Source: an uncultured Gammaproteobacteria bacterium
GTDB taxonomy: Bacteria; Pseudomonadota; Gammaproteobacteria; Pseudomonadales; Pseudohongiellaceae
Length of the DNA: 64,000 nt
NCBI GenBank assembly: GCA_903862645.1
Contig: CAIOZF010000022.1
Span: forward strand, 4,352 to 68,351
Direction: 5' to 3'
A program made the position numbers and the translations under genes. This document shows, piece after piece, positions 7,594-18,589 of this stretch (position 1 is its first letter; the number at the start of each line of letters is the position of its first letter). Below the pieces are notes generated by a model, which worked only from the letters and a program-made list of their open reading frames with translations, ran no database searches and was not told where the DNA came from.

Positions 7594-9402
7594 TCAGGGT
7601 TTGATATCCAGCAGCGTCTCAGCCGGGGTGATGCGGTCGCCCTTTTTGACGAACACGCTGACCACGACGCCACTGACGGCTGCCTTGATCTCGGTCTCCA
7701 TCTTCATTGCCTCGATCACCAGCACGGGGTCACCGGCATTCACGCTCTGTCCTTCCTTGACCAATACTTCAACGACGTTGCCGGGCATAGCCGCTGTTAC
7801 ATGGCCAGGCCCGGTGGCGCGCATACGCCGACCCGGACGGCTGTCTGTTGCGGCCGCACCGCCAGCCATGTCGCCAGTCATTTCCAGCGTCACTTCCTCG
7901 GGTTCGCCGTCGACGGTCATGTAGAAGCGCCGCTCGCTCTCGCCCGAAGGGCTAACGCCAGTGACGTGGATATCGAAAGTCTCACCGTGAATGGTGACCT
8001 TGAATTCGTGGGCGATACTGCCGACCACTGCACCAATTGATGGTGGAATCAGCGCCTCGGGCTTGAGCGTACCCTTGTTGCGATGCTGCAGATACTGCAT
8101 GCCGACATCCGGGAACATGGCATAGGTCAACACATCTTCTTCACTGCGGGCGTCGCTGCCGATCTTTTCACGCAGCGCGTCAAGCTCTGGCGCAAGCAAG
8201 TCGGCAGGACGACACTCCACCACCTCTTCATTGCCAATCGCACGCACGCGCAACTCGGCATCCACCGGTGCCGGTGCGGCGCCGTACAGACCCTGCAGAT
8301 AGCGCTTCACCTCGTTGGTGATGGTTTCATAGCGACCCCCGAGCACATTCAACACGGCCTGAGTGCCAACAATCTGCGAGCTTGGCGTGACCAGCGGCGG
8401 GTAGCCCAGATCCTTGCGCACACGCGGGATCTCCGCGAACACTTCCTGAATGCGGTCCAGCGCGCCCTGCTCTTTGAGCTGGTTGGCCAGATTGGACATC
8501 ATGCCGCCAGGCACCTGACTGAGCAGCACCTGGGTGTCCACGCCGTTATATTCGCTCTCGAACTGATGGTACTTGCGGCGCACTTCGCGGAAATGCGCGG
8601 CGATACGCTCCAGCAGTACTGAATCCAGCCCGGTCTCGTAACCGGCCGCTTCCAGCACGGCCTTCATGGTCTCAGTCGGCGGATGGCTGGTGCCGCCCGC
8701 GAATGCGGAGATAGCCGTGTCGATATGATCGATACCGGCCTCAACTGCTTTGAGCTGGCACATGGAGGCCATGCCCGAGGTGTAATGGGAGTGCAGGAAC
8801 AGGGGCAGGTCGACGGCGTTCTTCAGACTGCTGACCAGCTCGAAGGTGACTTCTGGAGTCAGCAGACCGGCCATGTCTTTGATGGCGATGCTGTGGCATC
8901 CCATATCGGCCATCACACGGGCCTGCTGCACAAAATCCTTGACGGTGTGCACGGGGCTCTCGGTGTAGCAGATGGTACCTTGGGCATGTTTACCCGCGGC
9001 GATGGTCGCGGCCACGGCGGTCTTGATGTTGCGCACGTCATTGAGGGCGTCGAAAATTCGGAATACGTCCATGCCGTTCTCGGCACACTTGTGCACAAAA
9101 GCCTCGACGACATCATCCGGGTAGTGGCGATAGCCGAGCAGGTTCTGACCGCGCAGCAGCATCTGCAAACGGGTGTTGGGAAGGGCGCGGCGCAGCGTGC
9201 GCAGACGCTCCCACGGATCTTCCTTCAGGAACCGCACGCAGGCATCGAAGGTCGCGCCGCCCCAGACTTCCAGAGACCAGTACCCTGCCTGATCCAGCGC
9301 CTCGCACACTGGTAGCATGTCTTCCAGACGCATACGGGTCGCGATCAGTGATTGATTGCCGTCACGAAGGACGACATCGGTAATGTGAATTTTCCTGCTC
9401 AT
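7594..9402 (-). CDS. Pyruvate carboxylase subunit B (carboxyltransferase plus biotinyl carrier; OadA-like)
   Basis: ATG at 9402 lies 8 nt after GGAGA. The N-terminus ..HITDVVLRDGNQS.. is the HMGL-like carboxyltransferase, and the C-terminal EAMKME is the biotin attachment site. It is directly downstream of a biotin carboxylase and there is no oadB or oadG. Confidence 0.85.
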   Translation of the reverse strand: MSRKIHITDVVLRDGNQSLIATRMRLEDMLPVCEALDQAGYWSLEVWGGATFDACVRFLKEDPWERLRTLRRALPNTRLQMLLRGQNLLGYRHYPDDVVEAFVHKCAENGMDVFRIFDALNDVRNIKTAVAATIAAGKHAQGTICYTESPVHTVKDFVQQARVMADMGCHSIAIKDMAGLLTPEVTFELVSSLKNAVDLPLFLHSHYTSGMASMCQLKAVEAGIDHIDTAISAFAGGTSHPPTETMKAVLEAAGYETGLDSVLLERIAAHFREVRRKYHQFESEYNGVDTQVLLSQVPGGMMSNLANQLKEQGALDRIQEVFAEIPRVRKDLGYPPLVTPSSQIVGTQAVLNVLGGRYETITNEVKRYLQGLYGAAPAPVDAELRVRAIGNEEVVECRPADLLAPELDALREKIGSDARSEEDVLTYAMFPDVGMQYLQHRNKGTLKPEALIPPSIGAVVGSIAHEFKVTIHGETFDIHVTGVSPSGESERRFYMTVDGEPEEVTLEMTGDMAGGAAATDSRPGRRMRATGPGHVTAAMPGNVVEVLVKEGQSVNAGDPVLVIEAMKMETEIKAAVSGVVVSVFVKKGDRITPAETLLDIKP

Positions 9403-9457
9403 GCAAGAGGTCTCCTGACTTGCGTGTTTCATTTGCCCTGTGGGAGCGGGCTGGTTC

Positions 9458-10876
9458 TTACATGCCCGATTGCGCCGCTATCGCAGCGGCTATCGCAGCG
9501 GCCAGAAACTCTGGTCGACGCTTGGTGGAATATTGCGTTAACTCCGGATGCGCCTCAACGAAGCCGGTGTTGAAATCTCCCGCACGGAAATCGGGATGCT
9601 TCAGAATCTCTTTGTAGTATTCACGGGTCGTGTGAATGCCGTAAATCTGCATGTCTTCCAGTGCCCGCAGCGAGCGATCCAGCAACTCTTCCCAATTGCG
9701 CGCCCACACCACCAGCTTGGCGCACATGGAATCATAATGCGGTGGAATCGTATAGCCGGTGTAGATGGCCGCATCGGTGCGCACGCCAGGCCCGCCCGGT
9801 GAATAGTAGCGACTGATGCGCCCGAAGCTGGGCAGGAAACCATTCTTCGGATCTTCGGCATTGATGCGGAACTGGGCGGAAAATCCCGTGTAGGTAATTG
9901 TCTCCTGCTGCACAGACAATGGCAGACCAGAGGCGATGCGAATCTGCTCGCGCACGATGTCAATGCCGGTGATCTCTTCGGTGATGGTGTGCTCCACCTG
10001 CACGCGCGTGTTCATTTCCATGAAGTAGAAACTGCCATCGCTATCAAGCAGAAACTCCACAGTTCCCGCATTTTCGTAGCCCACTTCGCGGGCCACTTTT
10101 ACCGCCAACTCACCGATGTATTGGCGCTGCTCGTCATTGATCTGAGGCGAAGGAGCCAGCTCGATCAGTTTCTGGTTGCGACGTTGAATGGAGCAGTCGC
10201 GCTCAAACAGATGCACGGTGTTGCCGAAAGAATCCGCCAGTATCTGCACCTCAATGTGGCGCGGATTGACGATACATTTCTCCAGAAACACATCGGCGCG
10301 ACCGAATGCTTTGGTCGCCTCGGAGATGACGCGCTGATAATTCTGCTGCAGGTCTTTGGGATCGTTGCAACGACGGATGCCGCGACCGCCACCACCGGAC
10401 GTCGCCTTGAGCATCACGGGATAACCGAATTTTTCCGCCATTCGCAGCGCGTCATCGACATCGGTCAGATTGCCATCGGTGCCCGGTGTCACCGGAACGC
10501 CGGCACGTACTGCAGAACGACGTGCTTCGGTCTTGTCACCCATCGACTGAATGACGCTGGCGGTCGGGCCGATGAATTTCACGCCACGACTGGCACATAT
10601 CTCCGCCAGTTCCGGATTTTCCGACAGGAATCCATATCCCGGGTGCAGTCCGTCACAACCTGTTTCCACCGCCAGATTCACCAGCTGATGCGGATTCAGA
10701 TAGCCCTGCAATGGGTCCGGGCCGACGGAGTAAGCCTCATCTGCCTTCTTCACATGCAGTGCGTAGCGATCCGCCTCGCTATAAATAGCAACGGAACGCA
10801 CACCGAGTTCACGGCAGGCGCGGGCAATCCGAACGGCGATCTCGCCACGGTTGGCAATGAGGACTTTTTTTAACAC
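9458..10876 (-). CDS. Pyruvate carboxylase subunit A (biotin carboxylase)
   Basis: (M)LKKVLIANRGEIAVRIARAC.. and an ATP-grasp biotin carboxylase layout throughout. 472 aa, GTG start. Confidence 0.9.
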   Translation of the reverse strand: MLKKVLIANRGEIAVRIARACRELGVRSVAIYSEADRYALHVKKADEAYSVGPDPLQGYLNPHQLVNLAVETGCDGLHPGYGFLSENPELAEICASRGVKFIGPTASVIQSMGDKTEARRSAVRAGVPVTPGTDGNLTDVDDALRMAEKFGYPVMLKATSGGGGRGIRRCNDPKDLQQNYQRVISEATKAFGRADVFLEKCIVNPRHIEVQILADSFGNTVHLFERDCSIQRRNQKLIELAPSPQINDEQRQYIGELAVKVAREVGYENAGTVEFLLDSDGSFYFMEMNTRVQVEHTITEEITGIDIVREQIRIASGLPLSVQQETITYTGFSAQFRINAEDPKNGFLPSFGRISRYYSPGGPGVRTDAAIYTGYTIPPHYDSMCAKLVVWARNWEELLDRSLRALEDMQIYGIHTTREYYKEILKHPDFRAGDFNTGFVEAHPELTQYSTKRRPEFLAAAIAAAIAAQSGM

Positions 10877-10998
10877 TGGATTTCAAACACCGAATTGATC
10901 TTGGCGACGGAACGGTAGCCGACAAGGCTGGCGGCCCTTAAACGAACGTGGCAGCTTACTCACGCCCTTTTGGCACGTCAACTGCAACAGGGCGATTT

Positions 10999-11616
10999 TT
11001 AAGGCTGCTGGCGATCGTAAACCCGCACCAGCGTGATAGCAGCTCCGAAGTTCAGGGGGCTTATCTCCAACTCTACCCGCAGGCGGGTGTTGTTTTCTTC
11101 AAGGGTGTAGGTCTCCATCGTGAACCCGCCGTCGCGCGGTCGAGCCTCCACCACCAGCGTCTCGCCCTGCCACTCGGCCAAGGAAAAATCCTCTCCGCCA
11201 GAGGTGTAATGCTCATTGGCACCGACGCTGCGGGTCCGTCCATCACTGTGAAAGACCCGCTGGTAGCCGTCTGCGTAACCGAACCAGAATTCCGGCTCTG
11301 TGTAGTCGATGCGCAGGATCGGGTCATAGGTGATGCGATCGTAGAGTTCCTGCTCGGCAGGCCCGCCTCGGTAACGCCCCTTTTCCTCACGGCCAAACCA
11401 TTTGCGCTGCACACGCCCACCGCCCTCGATGATAGCGGCCTCGACCCGCTCGTCCGGATCATCACTCAATTCTTCGTTGATACGCCAGGAGCCTATAAGA
11501 GGGTGCTCCTGAGCCTGCAGCGGAGCGCTGTCGGCCACTCCGGTCAACACCAGTAACATCAGCAGGGCGCGCACAGGCATGCAAAGGCGTGCAGAAAATA
11601 ATTCCAGGTTGCACAT
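10999..11616 (-). CDS. Secreted hypothetical protein
   Basis: The internal start MCNLELFSARLCMPVRALLMLLVLTGVADSA gives a signal peptide (ATG 11616 preceded by GAGAGAG; ATG 11580 is an alternative). I recognise no motif. Confidence 0.5.
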   Translation of the reverse strand: MCNLELFSARLCMPVRALLMLLVLTGVADSAPLQAQEHPLIGSWRINEELSDDPDERVEAAIIEGGGRVQRKWFGREEKGRYRGGPAEQELYDRITYDPILRIDYTEPEFWFGYADGYQRVFHSDGRTRSVGANEHYTSGGEDFSLAEWQGETLVVEARPRDGGFTMETYTLEENNTRLRVELEISPLNFGAAITLVRVYDRQQP

Positions 11617-11835
11617 ATTGCTCTCTCGCTGAGACTGGGACGGAAGACTGTTACTTATGCTCAGTCCGATGATCTCCGGTTTGCGGCTCATGCGCAAGAC
11701 TCCCTGCCTGACCAATCCCTGCATGCGTGCGGCTAAGCAGGTTCGATAAGCCTTCACTATCGTAGCGATTCCGGTCATAGTCCAATGACAACTGATATGC
11801 GTTTACAACAACAAGAAAAATAAGTGGAGAATAGT

Positions 11836-14658
11836 ATGAAGCGCTCCTCAAGAAAGGGCGGCAGCGCCCTTGCCAGCAATTATCTGCTTGGCGCCGTTGC
11901 CCTGTTCCTCATTCCCGTCACGGCGTTCGGTCAGGCCGCAACGGATGAGGAGGAAATTGAAGAGGTAGTTGTCACCGGGTCCTTCATTCGCAATAGCCAG
12001 TTCACCAATGCCTCGCCTGTGGAAACCATCACCCAGGATGACCTGATGTATTCCGGTGCCGCCAACCTCGGCGAATACCTGCGCGATCTTCCCTACATGG
12101 AAAACATCGACACGGTAGCCTCGGTGCTCGCAACCCAGGACGGCCAGCAGGACTCCAATTCTGCGCGCTTCAACCTGCGCGGGCTCGGCACTGAAAGCAC
12201 CCTCACTCTGGTAGACGGACGCCGTGCCGTCAACGAAAGTGCCGTGTCTTCACTCTTGCCAGGCATCGCTCAACGCTCGGTAGAAATCGTGACCGACGGT
12301 GGTGCTGCTCTCTATGGTTCCGACGCCGTGGCCGGAGTGGCGAACCTGATTCCCTACAAAAAATACGACGGCATGAAGGGCCGCGTGTACTACAAGACCG
12401 ACCAGCAGAACAGCTCCGAGCAATATACCGCCGAGTTTCTCATGGGACGCTCCTTCGCCAATGGCTTGGACTGGGTGGGCGCCGTCGAAGTCAGCAAGCG
12501 CACGCCGATGCTGGTGTCTGAACGCCCCAAGTACCAGCAGTTTTACGACCAGGACAGCGCCTACAACAACCCTGGCCGCTGGGCAACTGCCACTGGCTCG
12601 GGCCGCACGGATCCGAGCTGTGGCACCTTCAACGGCCAAAATAACGATGTCAGCCAGTTTGGCTCATACCCGAGCGGTGAAGTCTTCGCCACCGGCTGCC
12701 GTCTCTACTTCGGCGAATGGCAGGACTACGCGCGGCCTTCCGAGGGCGTTACCCTCTTCAACAATTTCAGATACCCAGTCAATGACGCGCTGACACTGGA
12801 ATTCCAGATGAGTGTCAATGATCGCAAGTCAGTGCTTGCCAGCTCGCCCAGCAATTCGGTGACCGCCAACCTGACCAGCCTGTTCGTGCCGGTGAACCAT
12901 CCTGCCAACCCCTTCGGCACGCGAGTCAGGCCGTCCACCTGGCGCCCGATCACCAAAGCCGGCACCCTGCCGAACGTGCTCACCGACAGTGGCATGGCGA
13001 TGACGGACTATCACTATTACGCCGACGCCTACAAATTCGGTGGCAACTTCAAGGTAGGTGATACAACCTGGGAAGGCGAGGCCTGGACAGGCTATCAGGA
13101 CTCCTGGCGCGAATACGACGGCCGGGTGTGGCGTCTGTCCAAGATGGTCAATGCACTGAACGGCCGCGGCGGCCCCGGCGGCAATGAATGGTTCAACCCC
13201 TTCGGATCGGCGGACTCACGCTCGCCCTCCTACAACGCGCCGAAAACAGCCAATAGCCAGGCCATGATGGACTGGCTGGTAGACCCGCTCAAATACCGCG
13301 ACATCCATGACCGTTTGAAGTACTTCGATTTCGTCTTCAATGGCGAGGTAATGGCCGTTCCCAACGGGACGATTCGTGCCGCCTTTGGCGGGCAGGTGCG
13401 CGACGAGAAGAATTTCGACTTCGAGAACCCCTACACAACGATGCGGGACAACCTCTATTCGAATGCCACTGCGAAGCTCGTACCCACGACTGACCGGCAT
13501 TCCGCAGTCCGCGCTGTATTCGGTGAAGTGGAGATTCCCATTCTTGAGAACCTGGGCATAAAGGCAGCGGTGCGCAGCGAGGACTTCTACACCATCGGCT
13601 TCAGTGCTACCAAGCCCAAGATCTCGATTCTGTGGGAGCCGCTGGAAACTCTGGCCATGCGCGCCAGTTATGGTGAAAGCTTCCTTGCCCCTTCGCCAGG
13701 TCAACTGCGTCCGCTGGCCAAGGACACTTGCACCATCGTCACCAGTGGTGTGGATCCGCTGACCAATATCTCACTGGACGGCACTGACAGCTGTACGTCC
13801 GGCAATCCCAGTCTGGGCGCCGAAGAATCCGAGATCATGAACTTCGGTGTGAGCTGGCGTCCGATCGAAGGACTGAGTGTCGACGTTGACTACCAGGAGA
13901 TCGAGTACATCGGCCGTATTTCGACGCTGATCACTGCCGAAGTGACGCGGCGCGAGCTGAATTCGTTTATGGCCACCAACAATCTGACCACGGCAACCTA
14001 CCGCCCGACCACCGTTCCGGCCGATGCCGCGAAAGGCATTGCGTGGGCACTGGCGAACCCGAACGAGCTGATCGAGCGGGATGCCACCGGCAAGGTGACC
14101 GATGTCTACCGTGCGCCGATCAACCTGTCGTCACAGTATGTGGAAGGCATCGACTTTCGTCTGCGTTACAGCTTCGACGTGGGTAACCTGGGCAGCTTCA
14201 CCGCCAGCCTGGCTGGCAACTACTACACCCGCTGGGAGTATCTGCCGGATGAGTTCTCGCCGCTGACGAGCGGCATCGGCGGACAGAACGCCATCACCAA
14301 CCTCGCACCTCCCCTGCCGCGCTACAAGGCGAATCTGGGGCTGTCCTGGTTCAGAGGTGATCACAGTGCGAGTATGACCGCGCGGCACAGCGGCAAGCTG
14401 AAATTCGACGAAGACACGCTGGCGCTGAACTACGAAGCCTTTGCGCCGGCCTACATACGCCCAATCACCAAAGTGGATGCTCGCTACTCGTACAGCTTCA
14501 CGGCCTTCAGCGCCGACTCCACTCTCACTATGGGTATCACGAACCTGTTTGACCGTGATGCCCAGCGTCTGCCAGTGGCTGGTGGCTTGGAGACTCGCAT
14601 TGATGACCCGTTCGGACGCCAGTTCTACATGTCCCTGGACTTTGATCTGGGCAGCTGA
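11836..14658 (+). CDS. TonB-dependent receptor (about 940 aa)
   Basis: ATG at 11836 lies 6 nt after GGAGA. Signal peptide, plug-domain motifs EEVVVTGSFIR and ..RGLGTESTLTLVDGRR.., followed by a long beta-barrel. Confidence 0.9.
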   Translation: MKRSSRKGGSALASNYLLGAVALFLIPVTAFGQAATDEEEIEEVVVTGSFIRNSQFTNASPVETITQDDLMYSGAANLGEYLRDLPYMENIDTVASVLATQDGQQDSNSARFNLRGLGTESTLTLVDGRRAVNESAVSSLLPGIAQRSVEIVTDGGAALYGSDAVAGVANLIPYKKYDGMKGRVYYKTDQQNSSEQYTAEFLMGRSFANGLDWVGAVEVSKRTPMLVSERPKYQQFYDQDSAYNNPGRWATATGSGRTDPSCGTFNGQNNDVSQFGSYPSGEVFATGCRLYFGEWQDYARPSEGVTLFNNFRYPVNDALTLEFQMSVNDRKSVLASSPSNSVTANLTSLFVPVNHPANPFGTRVRPSTWRPITKAGTLPNVLTDSGMAMTDYHYYADAYKFGGNFKVGDTTWEGEAWTGYQDSWREYDGRVWRLSKMVNALNGRGGPGGNEWFNPFGSADSRSPSYNAPKTANSQAMMDWLVDPLKYRDIHDRLKYFDFVFNGEVMAVPNGTIRAAFGGQVRDEKNFDFENPYTTMRDNLYSNATAKLVPTTDRHSAVRAVFGEVEIPILENLGIKAAVRSEDFYTIGFSATKPKISILWEPLETLAMRASYGESFLAPSPGQLRPLAKDTCTIVTSGVDPLTNISLDGTDSCTSGNPSLGAEESEIMNFGVSWRPIEGLSVDVDYQEIEYIGRISTLITAEVTRRELNSFMATNNLTTATYRPTTVPADAAKGIAWALANPNELIERDATGKVTDVYRAPINLSSQYVEGIDFRLRYSFDVGNLGSFTASLAGNYYTRWEYLPDEFSPLTSGIGGQNAITNLAPPLPRYKANLGLSWFRGDHSASMTARHSGKLKFDEDTLALNYEAFAPAYIRPITKVDARYSYSFTAFSADSTLTMGITNLFDRDAQRLPVAGGLETRIDDPFGRQFYMSLDFDLGS

Positions 14659-14660
14659 GC

Positions 14661-14675
14661 CTGTGGGAGCGTGCC
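14661..14675. repeat. Type-1 REP half-site (CTGTGGGAGCGTGCC) filling the 17-bp gap between convergent stop codons
   Basis: Read directly. Its first 15 nt match the left arm of the 17561 hairpin. Confidence 0.6.
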
Positions 14676-16409
14676 TCAGCGGCGGTAGGTGATCTCGCCG
14701 CCAACGATAGTCATCACGTTCTCGGCAGTCAGGATATCGGCTACCTCAACGGCCATGATATCCCTGTCAAAAATAGTGAAATCTGCGTACTTGCCCACTT
14801 CCACGGAGCCACGGATGGCCTCTTGGAAAGCGCCGTGAGCAGGCCATATCGTGAACATCTTGAGCGCTGTCTCGCGGGAGACTGCCAGCTCGGGATGCCA
14901 GCCTTCGCCATCGGTGCCATCAAGACGCTTGCGAGCCACCGCCGCATAGAATTCGATGCGCGGGTCGCCCACTTCCACCGGCGCATCCGAGCCCCCCAGA
15001 ATCATCAAACCGCGATCCACCAGCTGCTGCCAGGGGTAGGCATAGCCCAGACGGTCGGGGCCAAGGCGGTCGGGCGCAAAATTCAGGTCGCCGATGCCGT
15101 GGCTTGGCTGCATGGAGGGCAGCACTCCGAGGTCCACGAAACGCTGCTGGTCACTGGGCGGAATGATCTGCGCATGTTCCATGCGCCAGCGCAAATCCTC
15201 GCTGGCCCACTCGCTGCGCGGCACGGCATCACGGGCCTCGGCATACCAATCTAACAGCGTGCGCACCGCACGGTCACCGATCACATGGGTCTCGATCTGA
15301 ATGCCCTGACGCAGCGCCGCGTGCAGCACCGGCACCAGATCCTCCTTGGTGGTACGGTTCATGAAGCCGTTGTGATCCGCATCGGAGTAGTTGTCGATCA
15401 GCGCCGCACCGCGCGAGCCCAGGGTGCCATCGATGAATACCTTGATCCCGCGCACGTCGAACAGGTCATCGTCCGTCTTTTCCCGGCCACGGCTGAGCAT
15501 CTCCGCCGCTTCTTCCACGGGGATGGCGGCATACACACGGTGGGCCATCTGCCCTTCGGCATGCAGCTGTGTCATCAGGTCCACCAGGCGATAGGACATA
15601 CCCGCATCCTGCGTCTGCGTCCAGCCCAGCGCGGCATTGCTCTGCAGGCCTCGCAGCAGGTTGTCCTTCAGGTACTCGTCGGTCTCGGGGGGCAGGATCG
15701 CGGTGAACACATTCATCGCGTTCGCCAGCACATAGCCGGTGAGATTGCCGTCGATATCACGTTCGAAGCGCCCACCTTCCGGATCGGGCGTGTCGCCGTT
15801 GACGCCGGCCAGCTCCATCGCCTTCGAGTTCACCAGTGCCGACACCCCATCAGCGCGGGGCATGTACAGCGGCTTGTTGGCAGTGAAGCGATCCACGTCG
15901 CCCTTGTTGAGGAAGCGCTGTTCGTCGGTCCACTCGCGCTCGATCCAGCCGCGCCCTTGAATCCAGTTGCCTTCGGGAATTGTGGCAGCCCACTCTTCAA
16001 TGCGGGCGACGGTCTGCTGCAGCGTGGGAATGCCGAACAGGCTCAGCGTCTTGGTGCGGCGGCCGACGCCCTCCAGGTGCTGATGGCTGTCCGTGAAGCC
16101 GGCGTAGACATAGCGGCCAGCCATGTCGAGGATCTCGGCGCTGCCGCACATGTAGCGTTGTGCGTCGGCATTGCTGCCCACGAACACGATGCGACCGTCC
16201 AGCACGGCTGCAGCCTCGGCTGTCCACTGCGCCTCGTTGGAGGTATAAACGGTCGTGCTGTGGAGCACCATGTCGGCGGCTGCACAGCCCGACGCGGCAA
16301 TAGCAGCAGGCGCAGATGACGGCGGCGTGGTGTTGTCACTACACGCAGAGGCCAGCAGGCTGAGGGCGAAGGCGAAGGCGACAACAAAAGAGGAGCGTGC
16401 TGCAATCAT
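14676..16409 (-). CDS. Amidohydrolase-family (YtcJ-like) metallohydrolase lipoprotein
   Basis: Start at ATG 16409 (MIAARSS..LLASAC lipobox). FTDSHQHLEG is the HxH metal motif, and ..GGSDAPVE.. is the C-terminal Asp motif. Confidence 0.85.
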   Translation of the reverse strand: MIAARSSFVVAFAFALSLLASACSDNTTPPSSAPAAIAASGCAAADMVLHSTTVYTSNEAQWTAEAAAVLDGRIVFVGSNADAQRYMCGSAEILDMAGRYVYAGFTDSHQHLEGVGRRTKTLSLFGIPTLQQTVARIEEWAATIPEGNWIQGRGWIEREWTDEQRFLNKGDVDRFTANKPLYMPRADGVSALVNSKAMELAGVNGDTPDPEGGRFERDIDGNLTGYVLANAMNVFTAILPPETDEYLKDNLLRGLQSNAALGWTQTQDAGMSYRLVDLMTQLHAEGQMAHRVYAAIPVEEAAEMLSRGREKTDDDLFDVRGIKVFIDGTLGSRGAALIDNYSDADHNGFMNRTTKEDLVPVLHAALRQGIQIETHVIGDRAVRTLLDWYAEARDAVPRSEWASEDLRWRMEHAQIIPPSDQQRFVDLGVLPSMQPSHGIGDLNFAPDRLGPDRLGYAYPWQQLVDRGLMILGGSDAPVEVGDPRIEFYAAVARKRLDGTDGEGWHPELAVSRETALKMFTIWPAHGAFQEAIRGSVEVGKYADFTIFDRDIMAVEVADILTAENVMTIVGGEITYRR

Positions 16410-16638
16410 GGCAAAAGGTTCCGGTTCATGGGTTTGGGAATCAATGCCGGGCAGTATACCTGCGTTTTTCTCAGCGGCCGACATTACGGGTGCAGACACT
16501 GCTGCAAAGCTCCGTGCGAGTTTGCTGCTCCACAAGATTGTTTTTTCCGCGCCCCGTCTCTTTTACCAAGCCCTTGTGGTAGTTTAAGCGCCCGCTGCCA
16601 CACGCAATACTTGCTCCCCGCTCAAGGAATTCATCAGC

Positions 16639-17559
16639 ATGAAAATCGGCGTACTGTCCAGAAACAGCAAGCTCTACTCCACGCGCAGACTCGTGGAAGC
16701 AGCCAGAGCACGAGGCCACGAAGTGCGTGTAGTCGATGTTCTGAAGTGCTACATGAACATCACCGCCAACAATCCTGTGGTGTTTTACAAGGGTCCGGGC
16801 TCTCCGAAACCGGAGGCCCTGGAGTTTGATGCCGTCATCCCGCGCATCGGCGCCAGTGTGACCGGCTATGGGTGTGCGGTACTGCGCCAGTTTGAAGTCT
16901 GCGGCATCTACTCCGTCAACGAATCCATAGCCATCACCCGCTCGCGCGACAAACTGCGCGCGCACCAGTTGCTGGCCCGCAAAGGCATCGGCCAACCCAT
17001 CACCAGCTATGCCCACTCGGCGGATGCCACCAGCGACCTGATCGCCTCGGTCGGCGGCGCGCCGCTGGTGGTCAAGATCATGGAAAGCACACATGGTAAC
17101 GGCGTCGTGCTGGCTGAAACCGACAAGGCTGCCGAGGCTCTGATCACCGCCTTCCGTGGCCTGGAGGCCGACTTTCTGGTGCAGGAATTCATCAAGGAAT
17201 CCGGTGGTGCCGACATTCGCTGCTTCGTCATTGGCGACCGCGTGATTGCCGCGATGCAACGCACTGCCGCACCGGGTGAGTTCCGTTCCAATCTGCATCT
17301 TGGGGGCACCGGCTCCGTAGTCAGACTTCGCCCTGACGAGCGCAAACTGGCCGTCAAGGCAGCGCAGGTGATGGGGCTGGATGTGGCGGGCGTGGACATC
17401 ATCCGTTCTAATCATGGCCCACTAGTGCTGGAGGTAAACTCCTCCCCCGGTCTGGAAGGCATCGAGCGGGCCACCGGCAAGGACATCGCCGGCGCCATCA
17501 TCGCGTACATGGAAAAAGACAGTCTCAAGGGCCCGAACAAGATGAAAGGCAAGGGCTAA
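16639..17559 (+). CDS. rimK: Ribosomal protein S6--L-glutamate ligase
   Basis: [29 protein letters not shown].. ATP-grasp fold that matches RimK along its whole length. Confidence 0.9.
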   Translation: MKIGVLSRNSKLYSTRRLVEAARARGHEVRVVDVLKCYMNITANNPVVFYKGPGSPKPEALEFDAVIPRIGASVTGYGCAVLRQFEVCGIYSVNESIAITRSRDKLRAHQLLARKGIGQPITSYAHSADATSDLIASVGGAPLVVKIMESTHGNGVVLAETDKAAEALITAFRGLEADFLVQEFIKESGGADIRCFVIGDRVIAAMQRTAAPGEFRSNLHLGGTGSVVRLRPDERKLAVKAAQVMGLDVAGVDIIRSNHGPLVLEVNSSPGLEGIERATGKDIAGAIIAYMEKDSLKGPNKMKGKG

Positions 17560-17560
17560 T

Positions 17561-17588
17561 TGTGGGAGCGTGCCTGCAAGCTCCCACA
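17561..17588. repeat. Type-1 REP hairpin TGTGGGAGC-GTGCCTGCAA-GCTCCCACA between convergent rimK and an ABC ATPase gene
   Basis: A perfect 9-bp stem read directly, 2 nt after the rimK stop and 9 nt before the ATPase stop. Probably also a terminator or mRNA 3' stabiliser. Confidence 0.75.
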
Positions 17589-17596
17589 GGTGGCTA

Positions 17597-18589
17597 TCAG
17601 GTGTTGTACAGGTGACAGGAAACAGGCTGCCGATCAGCACTCAGTGCTGGCGTGGCACTGCGGCAAATATCCATCACCTGCGGACAGCGGGTATGGAACG
17701 CGCAGCCGGAGGGCGGATTGATCGGCGAGGGCACATCGCCCACCAGTACCTGGCGATGGGACTTGTGGTGCGGGTCCGGCACGGGAATGGCCGAGATGAG
17801 CGACTGCGTGTAGGGGTGACGCGCAGTGCGGTAGATGCTCTCCCCTACGCCACTCTCGACAATCTTGCCTAGATACATGATCGCGATGCGATCGGAGATG
17901 TGCTTCACCACCGCAAGATCATGGGCGATGAAGAGGTAGGACAGGTTGAATTCCTTCTGCAGATCAATAAGCAGATTGAGAATCTGACTCTGGATCGACA
18001 CGTCCAGCGCCGACACCGGCTCATCACAGATGATTAGCTTGGGGTTCAGCGCGATGGAGCGGGCAATGCCGATGCGCTGCCTCTGACCACCGGAAAATTC
18101 GAAGGGGTAACGCGTCACCGAGCGCGCGGGCAACCCCACCACCTCCAGCAACTCCTTCACACGCTGCCGCCGGAAGGCTTTGTCGCCGATGCTCTGCACG
18201 ATAAACGGCTCTTCGAGAATCTCCCCCACCGTGTGCCGCGAGTTGAGCGATTCCATTGGATCCTGAAAGATCATCTGAATATCACGACGAAACGGCATCA
18301 GCGGCTTGCGCCCCAGACGACTGATGTCGGTACCGTTGAAAATCACTTCGCCCGCCGTGGGTTGATAGAGCCGCGCGATGCAGCGCCCCAGCGTGGACTT
18401 GCCGCAACCCGATTCACCCACCAGCCCAAGCGTCTCCCCCGGCATGATGTCGAAGCTGACGCCATCCACGGCCTTGTTGTACTTGCCCGTGCGCATGAAA
18501 ACCCCTTCCTTGACCGGAAAGTGCATCTTCAGGTCGCGCACCTGCAGCAGCGGAGAAACGGAAGAATTCACCAGAGGGATCACACTCAT
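17597..18589 (-). CDS. Peptide-type ABC transporter ATP-binding protein (OppF/DppF-like), operon 1
   Basis: Walker [10 protein letters not shown], signature FSGGQRQR, and a C-terminal oligopeptide-type extension ..[12 protein letters not shown].. Confidence 0.9.
   Translation of the reverse strand: MSVIPLVNSSVSPLLQVRDLKMHFPVKEGVFMRTGKYNKAVDGVSFDIMPGETLGLVGESGCGKSTLGRCIARLYQPTAGEVIFNGTDISRLGRKPLMPFRRDIQMIFQDPMESLNSRHTVGEILEEPFIVQSIGDKAFRRQRVKELLEVVGLPARSVTRYPFEFSGGQRQRIGIARSIALNPKLIICDEPVSALDVSIQSQILNLLIDLQKEFNLSYLFIAHDLAVVKHISDRIAIMYLGKIVESGVGESIYRTARHPYTQSLISAIPVPDPHHKSHRQVLVGDVPSPINPPSGCAFHTRCPQVMDICRSATPALSADRQPVSCHLYNT

Noticed and set aside
7594-9402. Oxaloacetate decarboxylase Na+ pump alpha subunit (oadA)
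   Set aside because: The domain content is the same, but there are no oadB or oadG genes. The neighbour is a stand-alone biotin carboxylase, which fits the two-subunit pyruvate carboxylase arrangement better.
15285-16319. Long ORFs antisense to strongly recognisable genes, for example 15285..16319 (+, 344 aa), 16471..17415 (-, 314 aa), 18694..19680 (+, 328 aa), 9989..10873 (+, 294 aa), 20361..21212 (+) and 43488..44543 (-)
   Set aside because: They are typical shadow ORFs of GC-rich DNA. Each is fully overlapped by a gene with clear family motifs on the other strand. Their translations are Arg/Gly/His/Ala-rich with no recognisable motifs.
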